Shown: piece by piece, positions 20,942-31,400 of the stretch
Numbering within the stretch: position 1 is the first letter of the stretch
Layout: every line of letters begins with the position of its first letter
Assembly: GCA_963749495.1 (NCBI GenBank)
Contig: CAVVMW010000015.1
Location: 192,001 to 256,000 of the forward strand
DNA from: an uncultured bacterium
Lineage (GTDB): Bacteria; Verrucomicrobiota; Verrucomicrobiia; Limisphaerales; UBA8199
Reading direction: 5' to 3'
DNA length: 64,000 nucleotides
Translations under genes and position numbers: made by a program
The notes under the pieces: generated by a model
What the model saw: only the letters and a program-made list of their open reading frames with translations
The model's database searches: none
Told to the model about the DNA's origin: nothing

Positions 20942-22093
20942 ATGCAAATGAACAAGCGCGAGTTTCTAGTCGGGACCACTTTTCTCGGGATGGCCAGCTT
21001 GGCCGGGGCAACCTCCGCACGGGCAGCCGAAGGGAGTGGGGCGCGAACTGCTTCCGTTTTCAACGTGGCGGACTTCGGCGCAAAAGGCGACGGCAAGACC
21101 CCGGATTCGGAAGCCATCCAAAAGGCGCTGGATGCGGCAGGGGCCGTGGGCGGCACGGTCTATTTGCCGGCCGGACGCTATCCCTGCCACGACCTGAAAG
21201 TCCACCCGCACACGACCGTGTTGGCTGAGCCCCAGTGGGGATACCGCGGGGACGCAGGCGCCATGCTGCTCCTGGATTCCGATGAGGCGGATTGCCTGCT
21301 CAATATCACCGGTGCCTTCGGCGTTCACCTCCACGGCCTTTTCCTGCAGGGACGGCGGGAGGCCAAGAAAGCCATTCACGGCGTCTTCTTGAACAATGCT
21401 CAGAAGTATAGTCCGCAGGAGGACGCCATCGTCATCGACGACTGCAAGATCGAGAGGTTCTCAGGACACGGAGTGCATCTCCTGCGCATTTGGCTTTTCA
21501 TCATCCGGCACAGCATCTTTCAGGGAAACAAAGGGTGTGGGGTCCAGATCACCGGCTGGGACGGCTTTGTGACGGACAACCAGTTTTCCGGCAACGGGAG
21601 CCACGGGTTCGCGTGCGAATCGGTCGGGGCGACCGTCATGTTCACGGCCAACCGCGTTGAATGGAACAAAGGCTACGGCCTCTACCTGTTCGCGGGCGAT
21701 GCGTGGAATGTCACCGGGAACTGTTTCGACCGGAACTGGGGTGCGGGCCTCTGCGCCATGAAAATGCGCACCGCCACCATCACCGGGAACGTCTTCAGGC
21801 GCTGCGGCAAAGACAGCCGCCTGCTGCCCGAAGGGGAGCGTTCCTGTCAGGTGCGGTTGGAGGAATGCAGCGGACTGACCTTCGTCTCCAATGTGTGCGC
21901 GGCGGGCCGCGACAACGGCGGCAAGGGCGATTACACCCCTCATTTCGGATTCGTCGTCCGCAAACTCAGCCACTCCGTCATTTCCGCCAACACCCTGTTC
22001 AGAGGCTATATGAAAGAGATGGCTGCCGACCTTGGCGAACACGGCCCGGAGTACCTGTTCGTCAATAATGTGGGCTGCCCGATGACCGCTTGA
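20942..22093 (+). CDS. Tat-exported right-handed beta-helix protein (pectate lyase 3-like N-terminus)
   Basis: NKREFL, FNVADFGAKGDGKTPDSEAIQKALD, VYLPAGRY, repeated TGNxF beta-helix turns. Confidence 0.88.
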   Translation: MQMNKREFLVGTTFLGMASLAGATSARAAEGSGARTASVFNVADFGAKGDGKTPDSEAIQKALDAAGAVGGTVYLPAGRYPCHDLKVHPHTTVLAEPQWGYRGDAGAMLLLDSDEADCLLNITGAFGVHLHGLFLQGRREAKKAIHGVFLNNAQKYSPQEDAIVIDDCKIERFSGHGVHLLRIWLFIIRHSIFQGNKGCGVQITGWDGFVTDNQFSGNGSHGFACESVGATVMFTANRVEWNKGYGLYLFAGDAWNVTGNCFDRNWGAGLCAMKMRTATITGNVFRRCGKDSRLLPEGERSCQVRLEECSGLTFVSNVCAAGRDNGGKGDYTPHFGFVVRKLSHSVISANTLFRGYMKEMAADLGEHGPEYLFVNNVGCPMTA

Positions 22094-22130
22094 CCAGTTC
22101 CATGATTATTGCAGACAAACAGAGGAGGAA

Positions 22131-23438
22131 ATGATGAGCCGATATGCCAGTCGTCGTGAGTTTCTCAAAGGTTCCGCTTTGGCCGGAGCGGGCTTCTTCG
22201 CAGCCGGCAGAAGCGCCTTGGCCCAGACGCGCTCGCCCAACGAAAAACTGAACATCGGCATCATCGGGGTGCACAGCCGCGGGGCAGCCAACATGGCCGC
22301 GGTGACAAGCGAAAACATCGTCGCGCTCTGCGACGTGAACGAGACCTTTCTGGCCGAGGCCTCCAAGAAGTATCCGCAGGCCAAGACCTACCTCGACTGG
22401 CGCAAGATGCTCGACCAAAAAGACATGGATGCGGTCATCGTCAGCACAACCGAGCACACCCATGCCCTGGCCAGCGTCGGGGCCATGAAACGCGGCAAGC
22501 ACGTGTATTGCGAGAAGCCGCTGGCCCACAGCGTGTATGAAGCCCGTGTGATGCGAGAGATCTGCAAGCAAGCCAAAGTAGCTACCCAGATGGGCACGCA
22601 GATTCACGCCAGCGAGAACTACCGCCGCGTGGTCGAGCTGATTCAATCGGGCGCAATCGGGCCGGTGCGCGAAGCGCACGCCTGGGTCGAGCAGGGCATT
22701 GTGGGCCCGCGCAGCCGGCCAGCGGAAGCAGAGCCGGTTCCAAAAGAGCTGAACTGGGACCTCTGGCTGGGCCCGGCGCCGGAGCGGCCGTATCATTCGT
22801 GCTACCTCAAAGACCGGTCGATGTCGTGGCAGAATTGGTGGGATTTCGGCAACGGAGCTTTGGGGGATATGGGGAGCCATATCATTGATCTGCCGTTCTG
22901 GGCGCTGGAGTTGAAATACCCGGCGACGGTCGAGGCCGAGGGTCCCTTGCCGGTGCGTGCGGAGACGTATCCCGATTGTCTGACGGTGCGATGGGAACAC
23001 CCGGCCCGTGGCAGCCGACCGCCGGTCAAGCTCACGTGGTATGACGGCAAGCAGTGGCCCAAGTCGCCGGAGGGTGTTGATTTGAAGAAATGGCATTTGG
23101 GCGTCATGTTCATCGGCGACGCAGGAATCCTGGTTGCCGACTACGGCAAATGGATCTTGTTGCCCGAGGCCAAGTTCAAGGACTTCAAGCTGCCGGGGCC
23201 TTCGATTGCGAAGTCGCTTGGCCACCATGAGGAGTGGCTCCATGCGTGCAAGACTGGCGCGCCGACGCTCTGCAACTTCGATTACTCAGGCACGCTGGTT
23301 GAGCACAACTTGCTGGGCACGGTTGCCTTCCGCACCGGCAAGAAGCTGGAGTGGGATGCCGAGACCCTGAAGGCCCGCAATTGCCCCGAGGCCGATCGGT
23401 TTATCCGGCCGTCTTACCGGGAAGGCTGGATGCTATAG
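22131..23438 (+). CDS. Tat-exported Gfo/Idh/MocA oxidoreductase
   Basis: SRREFLK, IGIIG, ALCDV, HVYCEKPL, QMGTQ, WDLWLGPAP, GDMGSHIID. Confidence 0.93.
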   Translation: MMSRYASRREFLKGSALAGAGFFAAGRSALAQTRSPNEKLNIGIIGVHSRGAANMAAVTSENIVALCDVNETFLAEASKKYPQAKTYLDWRKMLDQKDMDAVIVSTTEHTHALASVGAMKRGKHVYCEKPLAHSVYEARVMREICKQAKVATQMGTQIHASENYRRVVELIQSGAIGPVREAHAWVEQGIVGPRSRPAEAEPVPKELNWDLWLGPAPERPYHSCYLKDRSMSWQNWWDFGNGALGDMGSHIIDLPFWALELKYPATVEAEGPLPVRAETYPDCLTVRWEHPARGSRPPVKLTWYDGKQWPKSPEGVDLKKWHLGVMFIGDAGILVADYGKWILLPEAKFKDFKLPGPSIAKSLGHHEEWLHACKTGAPTLCNFDYSGTLVEHNLLGTVAFRTGKKLEWDAETLKARNCPEADRFIRPSYREGWML

Positions 23439-23439
23439 G

Positions 23440-23725
23440 TTTCAAAGGGGTCGTAATTGAAGCCGAAGCGCTCGTCGGGGATGGTCTCCATCCGGCAATC
23501 AAACGTGTCCAGACCCTGAAGGTTGGTCTCAAACCAGTTCTCGATGGCCACGTTGAGCCCTTTCTCCTTGGCATGGTCGAGTATGGGGCGAAAGAGTCCG
23601 GGAATCACTTTCTTGATCGTGTCAATCTTGCTCATCCCTTGAACGGGTGTCCCAAGGTTCATGCAGACCTTCGGCACGCCCGGCAGGACAGCGGCGTCAA
23701 CCGTCTTGATCATGGCCTGTTGCAT
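23440..23725 (-). pseudogene. Sugar phosphate isomerase/epimerase TIM-barrel internal fragment
   Basis: AKEKGLNVAIENWF...FGFNYDP, cut at the end of the convergent gene. Confidence 0.6.
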
Positions 23726-23733
23726 CCATCTGT

Positions 23734-24708
23734 TCAGGCGTTCGTGTTCAGCCCGGTCTTCACATCGGCACCGGACTGGTCCTCGACGGCATTTTGGCCA
23801 CGGAAGGTGCAGCCCAGGACCGTCGCCGCTTTGAGTCCCTTCTCCAGGATGATTGCCCGCTTGCGTTCATCCATAAACTCGCACCCGTTCACAATCAAGT
23901 GTCTGCCTGAAGCCCGGATGCAGGGGTCCCCTTTGCCGCCATGGTCCCACCCGGTGAAATGGCACGAGGTCAAAACCAGCGAACTGCCTCCCTCGTGCCG
24001 GACCTGTTCCCGCGTCAACTCGGTGCCCCAAAAGCCACAATTGCTGAATTTGACCGGGCCTCGATTCTCAGGGCCAATCTCGACCGTGGACATGAACTGC
24101 CCATTGGCGAACTGCACCCCAGCCTCATTCCACTTGGTGCCCACGTCGATGGCCTGGTACGGGTTGGTCAGGGTCACGTCGAGGATCTGGCACAACTCGC
24201 CATCGGCACGGATGGACCAGGGGTAGGGCGCCACGTCGGCCAGGGTTTGCTCGGGGTAATGGATGATAAGATTCCGGACCACGGCATTGGCCTTGAGCGT
24301 GACCAGCGGCTCACCCTCTGGTTGACCTCGACCACCGTAGGCCAGGAGCACCGTGCCGATGGGGTGTTCGCTATGGGGCACGCCTCCTGAGGCACCACAG
24401 AGGGTCACCCCTGGTGGAACCGTCAGTGGGCCGTTCAAACGGTAGAGTCCCGCCGGAAGGCAGCAGATTGGGCCACCGGCTTGGGCAGCGTCCAAAGCGG
24501 CCTGCAGGGCCTTGGCATCATTGGTGTTGCCATCGCCCTTGGCACCATACTGCCGGGCATTGACCTGGTTGGCTGCCGAGACGCTGGACGGGCTGGCGGT
24601 CGAGGCTCCGTAGCCCTTTGTGGCCGCCAGGGAGCCCAGAAGGCCAAAGGCGAGCGCAGAGTTCTCAACAAAGGTCCGGCGGGAAAGGCGGGGAGGTTTT
24701 GGAGTCAT
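23734..24708 (-). CDS. Tat-exported beta-helix glycosyl hydrolase 28-related protein, possibly internally deleted
   Basis: SRRTFV, VNARQYGAKGDGNTNDAKALQAALD, LTNPYQAID; abrupt jump KWNE|AGVQFANGQFM near 24125. Confidence 0.7.
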   Translation of the reverse strand: MTPKPPRLSRRTFVENSALAFGLLGSLAATKGYGASTASPSSVSAANQVNARQYGAKGDGNTNDAKALQAALDAAQAGGPICCLPAGLYRLNGPLTVPPGVTLCGASGGVPHSEHPIGTVLLAYGGRGQPEGEPLVTLKANAVVRNLIIHYPEQTLADVAPYPWSIRADGELCQILDVTLTNPYQAIDVGTKWNEAGVQFANGQFMSTVEIGPENRGPVKFSNCGFWGTELTREQVRHEGGSSLVLTSCHFTGWDHGGKGDPCIRASGRHLIVNGCEFMDERKRAIILEKGLKAATVLGCTFRGQNAVEDQSGADVKTGLNTNA

Positions 24709-24960
24709 GGTTTTGGTTGTTCTCCGAGAACTTTCACCTTTGTGGCCTCTCGGCGTCAACAACGGAAGCAGCCCTTGTGGAAGAGCGCGCGACATCCGCC
24801 GGGGTTAGGCAGCCGCAGCGCCCCAACCTCCATGCTTTCTCGGACCATTGCTGACGTGGTGCCCTGCGCCGGTGTTCGGATTGGGGGTGGCTGACTGGAG
24901 GAATAGTGCTTGCCATTCCTGCGAAACAGGTCACAGTCACCGCGACCCTGATAGGTTGTC

Positions 24961-25040
24961 ACTCCCAAGACATGGGAATCGTCAGGTGAACCCGGTTCAG
25001 TGATGATTCGAGACCCGATTCACGGGAACAGTATGGGGAG
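24961..25040 (+). ncRNA. Candidate structured 5' leader RNA of the RRM gene
   Basis: GAATCGTCA-GG-TGAAC-CCG-GTTCA-G-TGATGATTC stem, CCCG-ATTCA-CGGG hairpin, possible closing CTCCCA/TGGGGAG. Confidence 0.4.
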
Positions 25041-25076
25041 AGCAAAGCTGTCCAGGGCCGTATACATAGAAAACAG

Positions 25077-25400
25077 ATGAGTGCAAAGTTGTTTGTGGGG
25101 AACCTTTCGTTCAACACGACTGAAAATGATCTGCAGGCCGCCTTTGCGGCGCACGGCACGGTCGAGGAAGCCAACCTGATGATGGACCGCGACACTGGCC
25201 GTCCTCGCGGATTCGCCTTCGTAACCATGAGCACGCCGGAAGAGGCGCAGAAGGCCATCGATGCCCTGAATGGCAAACAGTTGGACGGCCGCGCCTTGAC
25301 CGTCAATATCGCAAGGCCGAAGGAAGAACGTTCCGGGGGCGGTGGAGGGCGCGGCGGTTACGGTGGCCGTGGAGGTGGCGGTGGTCGAGATCGCTACTGA
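25077..25400 (+). CDS. RRM RNA-binding protein with Gly/Arg-rich tail
   Basis: RNP2 LFVGNL, RNP1 RGFAFV, LTVNIARP, RGG tail. Confidence 0.95.
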   Translation: MSAKLFVGNLSFNTTENDLQAAFAAHGTVEEANLMMDRDTGRPRGFAFVTMSTPEEAQKAIDALNGKQLDGRALTVNIARPKEERSGGGGGRGGYGGRGGGGGRDRY

Positions 25401-25426
25401 TTCCAGGATCTGAAACGGCTTGGTCC

Positions 25427-25455
25427 GGCGGAGGAGTCAGTTCCTCCGCCATTTT
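25427..25455 (+). terminator. Intrinsic terminator
   Basis: GGCGGAGGA-gtcagt-TCCTCCGCC-ATTTT. Confidence 0.7.
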
Positions 25456-25649
25456 CATCCTCAGCAACTGCCGCCGGGTGATTTGCGGGATTGCCCGCTG
25501 GGGTGGCAAGAATGAGGACGGACACCAAAGCTCCGCGGCTTCAACGGCCTCTTCTTCCCTTCCTCTCCACGAACCCCGACTTGCCTCTGCGGGTGTGGTT
25601 TGGCCTTCGCGAACCTGATGGGGTTTCAACTAACCTCCAGCCCATGACT

Positions 25650-26120
25650 TCACCAGACCCGCAACAGGCGCTTGGCCCCGGGATAGGCCACCAGCGCCAC
25701 GAGCAAATAGGCCACCAGCCACGGAGCGAGGCCCAGCGCCGGCAGACCGGGAACAATGCCGAACAGACGCGCCGGCTGAAGCAAGAGAGCGGTGCGAATA
25801 CCTTGCGGGTCATGCGCCAGCAACCGGACTTGGCATTTTCGCTCGCCGAGCAGCAGCGGGTGCACGAAGGTGTGGTGATCGCAGCGAAGGGTGACGGAGT
25901 GCAGACCGCGGGTGCCGGTCAGGGTCCAAGTGGCGTGCGCGGTCGCTGTGTTTGTGTCCACCGTCAGGGCGCGAATCCATCCTTGGGGCGCCTGCAATCC
26001 TTCCGCGGGCACCAGGTGGGCCAACTGGCCCGCGGCAGAAATCGGGAAGGTCGCGGTGAAGCTGACTGGTTCGCCCGCCTTGGGAGGCAGATACTCCAGC
26101 CGCTGCCAGCACCACGTGGC
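25650..26120 (-). pseudogene. C-terminal fragment of a membrane protein
   Basis: Plausible beta domain then hydrophobic WLVAYLLVALVAYPGAKRLLRVW end; no credible start. Confidence 0.4.
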
Positions 26121-26272
26121 CGCACGCGCGCTGGAAGAGCGGCGTCCAGCCCGAGGCAGCCGTTGTCGAGTGCGTCGGCCAGAGGCAACGGCCCGGCCTG
26201 AAACGTGCCGTCCGCTTGTTGCGCGTGGAGAGAAAGGGTTGTGCCGTCGAACGAGATCAGGTCCAGCCGGCC

Positions 26273-27046
26273 CTAGCCGCCGAAATCGCCCCAGGCGAAG
26301 GCCCGCGACTTGGATTGCAGGCGGCGGGCCGAGGTGAGGTCGGCAAACTCGCGGCTCTTGGGGTCGCAGGCCAGCAAGCGGTCTCCCTGGTCGCACGCGA
26401 CGAAGAGGAGCCACTTGCCGTCGCCGGCCAGGTCGATCGGCCGCACGGCCCTGATGTTGCCGCTGAGCGTGGCGATTTTCCTTTGGTCGGTGCTCCAGGC
26501 GACTCCGTCTGCGACCGGCACGTCGGGGTCATCGTCTTGGAGGATGTAATCCACAGCCCGTTGAAGCATGTCGGTGCCGCCGGCCCAGATACCCTGGTTC
26601 TTGGGGTCGATCTGGTTGAAGGTCCACTCGCCTTCCTGGCCGCTGTCAAATTCAGCCCATTGGCCGGAGAGGTGCAGCAGGCCGCGGTTCCTGGCCGGCC
26701 CCCCACCCTGGCGGTCTTTGTCCTCGCCGAAGTCGCCCACAAAGAACAACCCCGTTTTTGCCGGGGCGGCCAGTTGGCGCAGCGCGTCAGCGTTCTGGGT
26801 GTTGATGGCCTTGGACAGGTTCAGGCGGAGTGCCTTCAGTTCCGTCCGGCCCTTGAGCACTTGGCGGATGGTGGCGGAATACTGGTCCTTCGAGGTGCCC
26901 GGTTTGAGGTCCACGGACACGATCAAGGCCGACTGTTTCACGAGATGGACTGGCGTGAAACGGGGGTTGATCAGGGCGCTGACCGTGGCGGCGCAGAGCA
27001 GCGTGGCCAGGGCGGCCAGAGCGGAAAGGATGCCTCTCGTGGCCAT
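26273..27046 (-). pseudogene. Secreted FG-GAP/VCBS repeat protein, 3' truncated
   Basis: Signal peptide, ALINPRFTP, DLAGDG, ends within AFAWGDF repeat. Confidence 0.65.
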
Positions 27047-27289
27047 GGGAGAACACGTGGCCACCGGCCCAGGCCCGGGCCTGGTCACGCAATTCGTCGG
27101 CTCCATGGCGGCATTGTAAAAGCACCTTCTCCCCGTTGTCCAGCCCGCAGATTTCATCTCCGCGGACGTTCGAACTGTGGCAGCGCGGCGCCGGAGCCCG
27201 GACCGAACGGGAAAGGGGGTCAAGCCAAAACTTTTCACTGGTTCGGCGGCAAGCGAGGCGCTTCCGGCAACACGTGCAATAGGGCACGT

Positions 27290-27523
27290 TCCATCAGAAT
27301 GTGTAAACCCGTCCTCACCGAGCCCAATTGGAAGCACCGAAACTTTCTCAATCCATTCAGGATGCTCTGTTTTCACCAAGCCGAGAAGCTCGATGAGCAA
27401 CGCGCCGCCAGACGGAGTGATTGGACACCAAAGATTGGGAAGCGGATCGAACTGGCCGAGCCGGTCAAGAAAGTCCCGCAGGTATGCGGTGACTTCCTCC
27501 CGCCCAATGAAATACGTGACCAC
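27290..27523 (-). pseudogene. N-terminal fragment of a probable phosphoribosyltransferase-like protein
   Basis: MVTYFIGREEV...WCPITPSGG resembles a type I PRTase first strand and loop; PRPP motif absent; follows the small Cys-rich gene by 22 bp. Confidence 0.4.
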
Positions 27524-27545
27524 GGGATGAGATCAAACCGCCAAG

Positions 27546-27761
27546 TTAGCCGCGGTGAACCCGGGCGCCGACAATAGGGTGCTCTTCGATTACTTGGCCC
27601 AGTTTCTCGTAATAACAGTCGCTGCAATCCTCGTGGTCGCCCTCGCGCCGTTTGCCCGTAATTGTTTCCTGGAGCAAGATATCGCAATGATGACACCGCG
27701 GCCCCTCCTTTAAGAAGAGCAGATCTGGCCGCTCGATAAGGTCTCTCAATGGAATTGCCAT
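27546..27761 (-). CDS. Small CxxC...CxxC putative zinc-binding protein
   Basis: CHHC and CSDC pairs, 71 aa, AT-rich upstream region. Confidence 0.65.
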   Translation of the reverse strand: MAIPLRDLIERPDLLFLKEGPRCHHCDILLQETITGKRREGDHEDCSDCYYEKLGQVIEEHPIVGARVHRG

Positions 27762-28172
27762 ATATTATCCATTATCCTGTTGGTAGTGCTTTTGCTAACT
27801 CTTTCAGATATCGAGGTTTCAATGCAAAAAAAACGGCCGATCGCCTGCGACCACACCACTATTCGCACCGTCCAGCAGCCCCGCTGCTCGGCCATCACTA
27901 ATGCGGCGTGGCGAAACCAATCAAACCAAAATGTTTGTCCAAAACCGCCATTATTGTCTAAGTGCGACGCAAATTACCCCCAGGCGACCTTCTTGTCAAA
28001 GAGGATAAGGGGTCGCCCATTAGGGCGGGTGTCAGCCAATGAGACTGTCATATTGGCGATCAGAATAGTACATTCTCCTTAACTGACCCTGCTACGGCCG
28101 AACCGTCTGAACGCGCCGGGTAAGCACTTCTCCTCCGGCTGCGCCAGCGTCCTCGTTCGTGTGGGAAAGTTA

Positions 28173-28218
28173 TGGTTTGACCCCACCCACGAACCTGGTT
28201 TGACCCCACCCACGAACC
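28173..28218 (-). repeat. Perfect 23-bp tandem duplication containing GGGGTCAAACCA (minus strand)
   Basis: TGGTTTGACCCCACCCACGAACC x2. Confidence 0.95.
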
Positions 28219-28291
28219 AGGCAAGGTGCGCCTGACCGCCCGCGCTGAAGGCCTGAATGAGGCCACGGTCGAAATTGAAGCGAACCAATAG
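28217..28291 (+). pseudogene. Extreme C-terminal remnant of a GH2-like glycosidase Ig domain
   Basis: PGKVRLTARAEGLNEATVEIEANQ-stop beginning at the tandem duplication. Confidence 0.45.
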
Positions 28292-28482
28292 GCAGCTTGC
28301 ACTACTTGCCGATCTGATCTCGCATGAAGCCGGCCGCTCCTTCCAATCCGACTCCTGGCCGGCGGTTGCACCGGCTGCTGAAGCGGCAAAGCCAAGGGCG
28401 CCTCGTTTATGCGCGACGGAAACAACCTGCGCGCAAGTCCGGTGTTGAATTAAGAAGAGACCGACAGACCGCGAACCAAATC

Positions 28483-31400
28483 ATGAAGCAGCTTGCCGCA
28501 CTATGGATTTTTGCTTGTATCGGAGCTCTGGCTGGATCCGCGCCGGACAACTACTCCGCCTTCAATGAAGCCCGCAAGCTGCAGTGGGAGGGCCATGAAA
28601 AAGAGGCGTTTCTCAAGTTCCTGGTGATCCCTGGGGGCGAGTCTGCGGCCGCGGCACTGGCTGGTGGCGCCGCCAGCGAGTACCTGGCCTTGCTGCGAGA
28701 CAGTCCCGGCGCGCTCGAATCGCCGCGCGCCGTGCTCGTCGAAGCGGACTTGTTGCTGGCCGCCGGCCAGAGGGTCGAAGCCATCAATCGCTATCGGGTT
28801 CTGGCCGCCCGGGCCCCAAAGAACAACTGGGGCATCAGCCAGGCTCCCTATTATCCCGTGGAGCCACCTCAGCGCTACGGCGGTGAGCCATATTTATATT
28901 TCCTAAACCTCGCGCCCGGGCAGTTGAACCAGCCCTTCAGTTGCGGCCCGGGGAGCCACCGCGACAACTGGCTGTTGCGCCGGCTTCTGGCCCTCGACCT
29001 TGCGGACGAGGCGTCCAGGGAATTCGCCCGCATTTGGGAAGTCCATCGGGCCAACACCCAGCCCTACGCCATGGTCACGCCCGCCCACGACGCCAAGGGC
29101 CAAATCACCGGTGAGGAGAAGCGGTTGGTTCGTCCGTCGGGCTTCAACAGTTACGGCCTCCAATTCGCGCTGGATTACGCCTTCTTTTTGAAGCACTGCG
29201 GCCAAACCAACGAGGCCCTGGCCCTCCTGCTGGAGCCGCTCCGGGTTATGGAGATGGACCGCGACCCGAACAATGCGCAGCCCGAGCCCTTGCCCGCTTC
29301 GATGAGCGCGCTGCCGGTGAAAACCCCGCCCGCAGTCTCTCCCCCGTTTGGTTTTGGCCTCGGCGCGGCGGGAGTGTCCCGCAAGGAGTATCTCCGGCTG
29401 GTTTATGGCGAGTTCAAAGGCCTTGGCCGGGAGGGCGCCTTGATTGGGGAATTGCACAAGGAGTTGGATGCAGGGGATAACCGCGCCCGCCGCCTGCTGG
29501 CCCAGGTTCTCCTGCACGAGGGCCAGATGGAGCCCGCCCTCCTAATGGAGCTGGACTACATCGCTCACGGAGACTTCGACGCCTTGACGAGCGCCTATCG
29601 CCGGGGACTGATGTACGAAGAGTACAAGCACAACGCTGAAGCGGCGGTGGAATTCGAAAAAGTGCTGGCCATCAAGCCTTCGCCGATGCGCCTGCCGGAC
29701 GCCGATGAGCGAATTTTGGAAGAGCCCTATCCGCAGGCAAGCGCCGCCGCTTTCCCTGCGCAGATGCCTGGCCGCGAGGCCACGCCGACGGACACGTTGC
29801 GGGTGCAAGAGCGTCTGGTGCGGCTCTATTCGGCCCTGGGCCGTATGGACAGGGCAATGGAAATCGAGTTGGCTCAGTTCGAAAGCGATGAGCGGCGCCT
29901 TCACAGTCTGGAGGCGATCGACCAGATGGCCCAACGTTTCAAAGCGGCCAACCAGGAAACGCGGTTCCAGGCATGGGCAAGAGACAAGATCGCCTCCGCC
30001 AAAACGACCTTGGCGCGCGCGAATCTGGCCTGGCAGCAACGGGATTACCCCACGGCCCTGACCAATGCGGCTGCTGCTTGTTCCGCCGGGGACTCTGGTT
30101 GGGATGCCTGGAGAGAGAGATTCGCCCGGCTGGGCCGAGACCATGAACGCTCGTTCATGCTGGCCATCGTAGAGGCAAATCCCCGCGATGCCGTAGCGCG
30201 CCTCGCCCTGCTGGACCTGGAAGACCGCCTCGAGGGCGCCGAAGCCATCGCGGCTCTGGAAGCGCTGCTTGCCTCCGGCGCCGGGGAGGCATTCCCTCGA
30301 GGGAAAGGCGCCTGGAACCGCACCCGTTTCAAAAGCTACGTGGATCTCGCCTATTGCTTGATGCGGCTTTATGAAAGAGACGGCCAGTTGGAAAAACTGC
30401 GGGCTCTGGGCCTGCGCATTGCCAAGGGCGAGAAACCTTTCGATCGGTATGACGGTTACCTTTACCGTTTTGATGAGAACGGCCTCGAAGAACGCGGCAA
30501 CGCCTGCCTGGCGCTCGCGGTTCAGTATGCCGAGGACAAATCCTACCAGGATCAGTTGCTCGTCGAGCTAAAGACCTCACGGTGGGCCGGCGCCCGCGCA
30601 CAGATCGAACGTAGAGCCGGAGTCGGATTCCCACGTCGCCTGGCGCTGGACCCGGACCAAACGTGATAGACGTGAGCCCATCGCCGGCCTGGGCTAACGT
30701 CCCGGAGACGACTCAGATCTTCACCTCTTTCCATCAGGCCGCCCCCCGTTTGGCCCGGGACGACCAGTTCGTTTATGCCGGGCATGCCCTGGGGGCTCGC
30801 GGTTTATGATCTCAAAGGCAGGCCGGTGGCGCGGTTGGCCCTGGGCTCCCCGGTCCAAGCCATGGTCGTCACCCAGCAACAGGTTTGGCTCGGCACCCCC
30901 GCCGGTCTGTTCCGAGCCGGGACCGGAGGAGCTTCCCCGACCCACGCGACGCCGGTTCCACGGTGGTCCGTCGCGCACCACCCTGTCGGCAACGTTACGG
31001 CCCTGGCGTTGGACGGCGAGGATCTTTGGATCGGTTTTCCCGGTGAGATCAAGACCCTCAACCGGCAGACGCTGGAACTACGTTCCGTTTCCCTCGAGGA
31101 TTCGAAAGTGCCGCAGGTGGGCGTCTTCACCCGGATCCTCCCGGACGGCGAATATGTCTGGACCGATGGCGGCTGCGGTTTGCTTCGCTACGACCGGGCA
31201 TCCGGCACCTGGAGCGCGCCGCTGAATCCGGGCCTGCCCCGCTACCCGCCGCACCTGATCGGTTTCATCGACGGGCAACCCTGGGTGGACGTGTATCTGG
31301 ACGACGAGCTGCGCAACCGCCCGGCGCGGGTGGATCGGAAGACACTCAGCTTAACCCCGGTTGTGCTGGGCGGCAATCCCTCCCCCAATGCGCGCCTCAT

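Noticed and set aside
26273..27523. 416-aa single ORF
   Set aside because: Chance in-frame join of a PRTase-like fragment, a non-coding-like spacer and an FG-GAP gene with its own signal peptide
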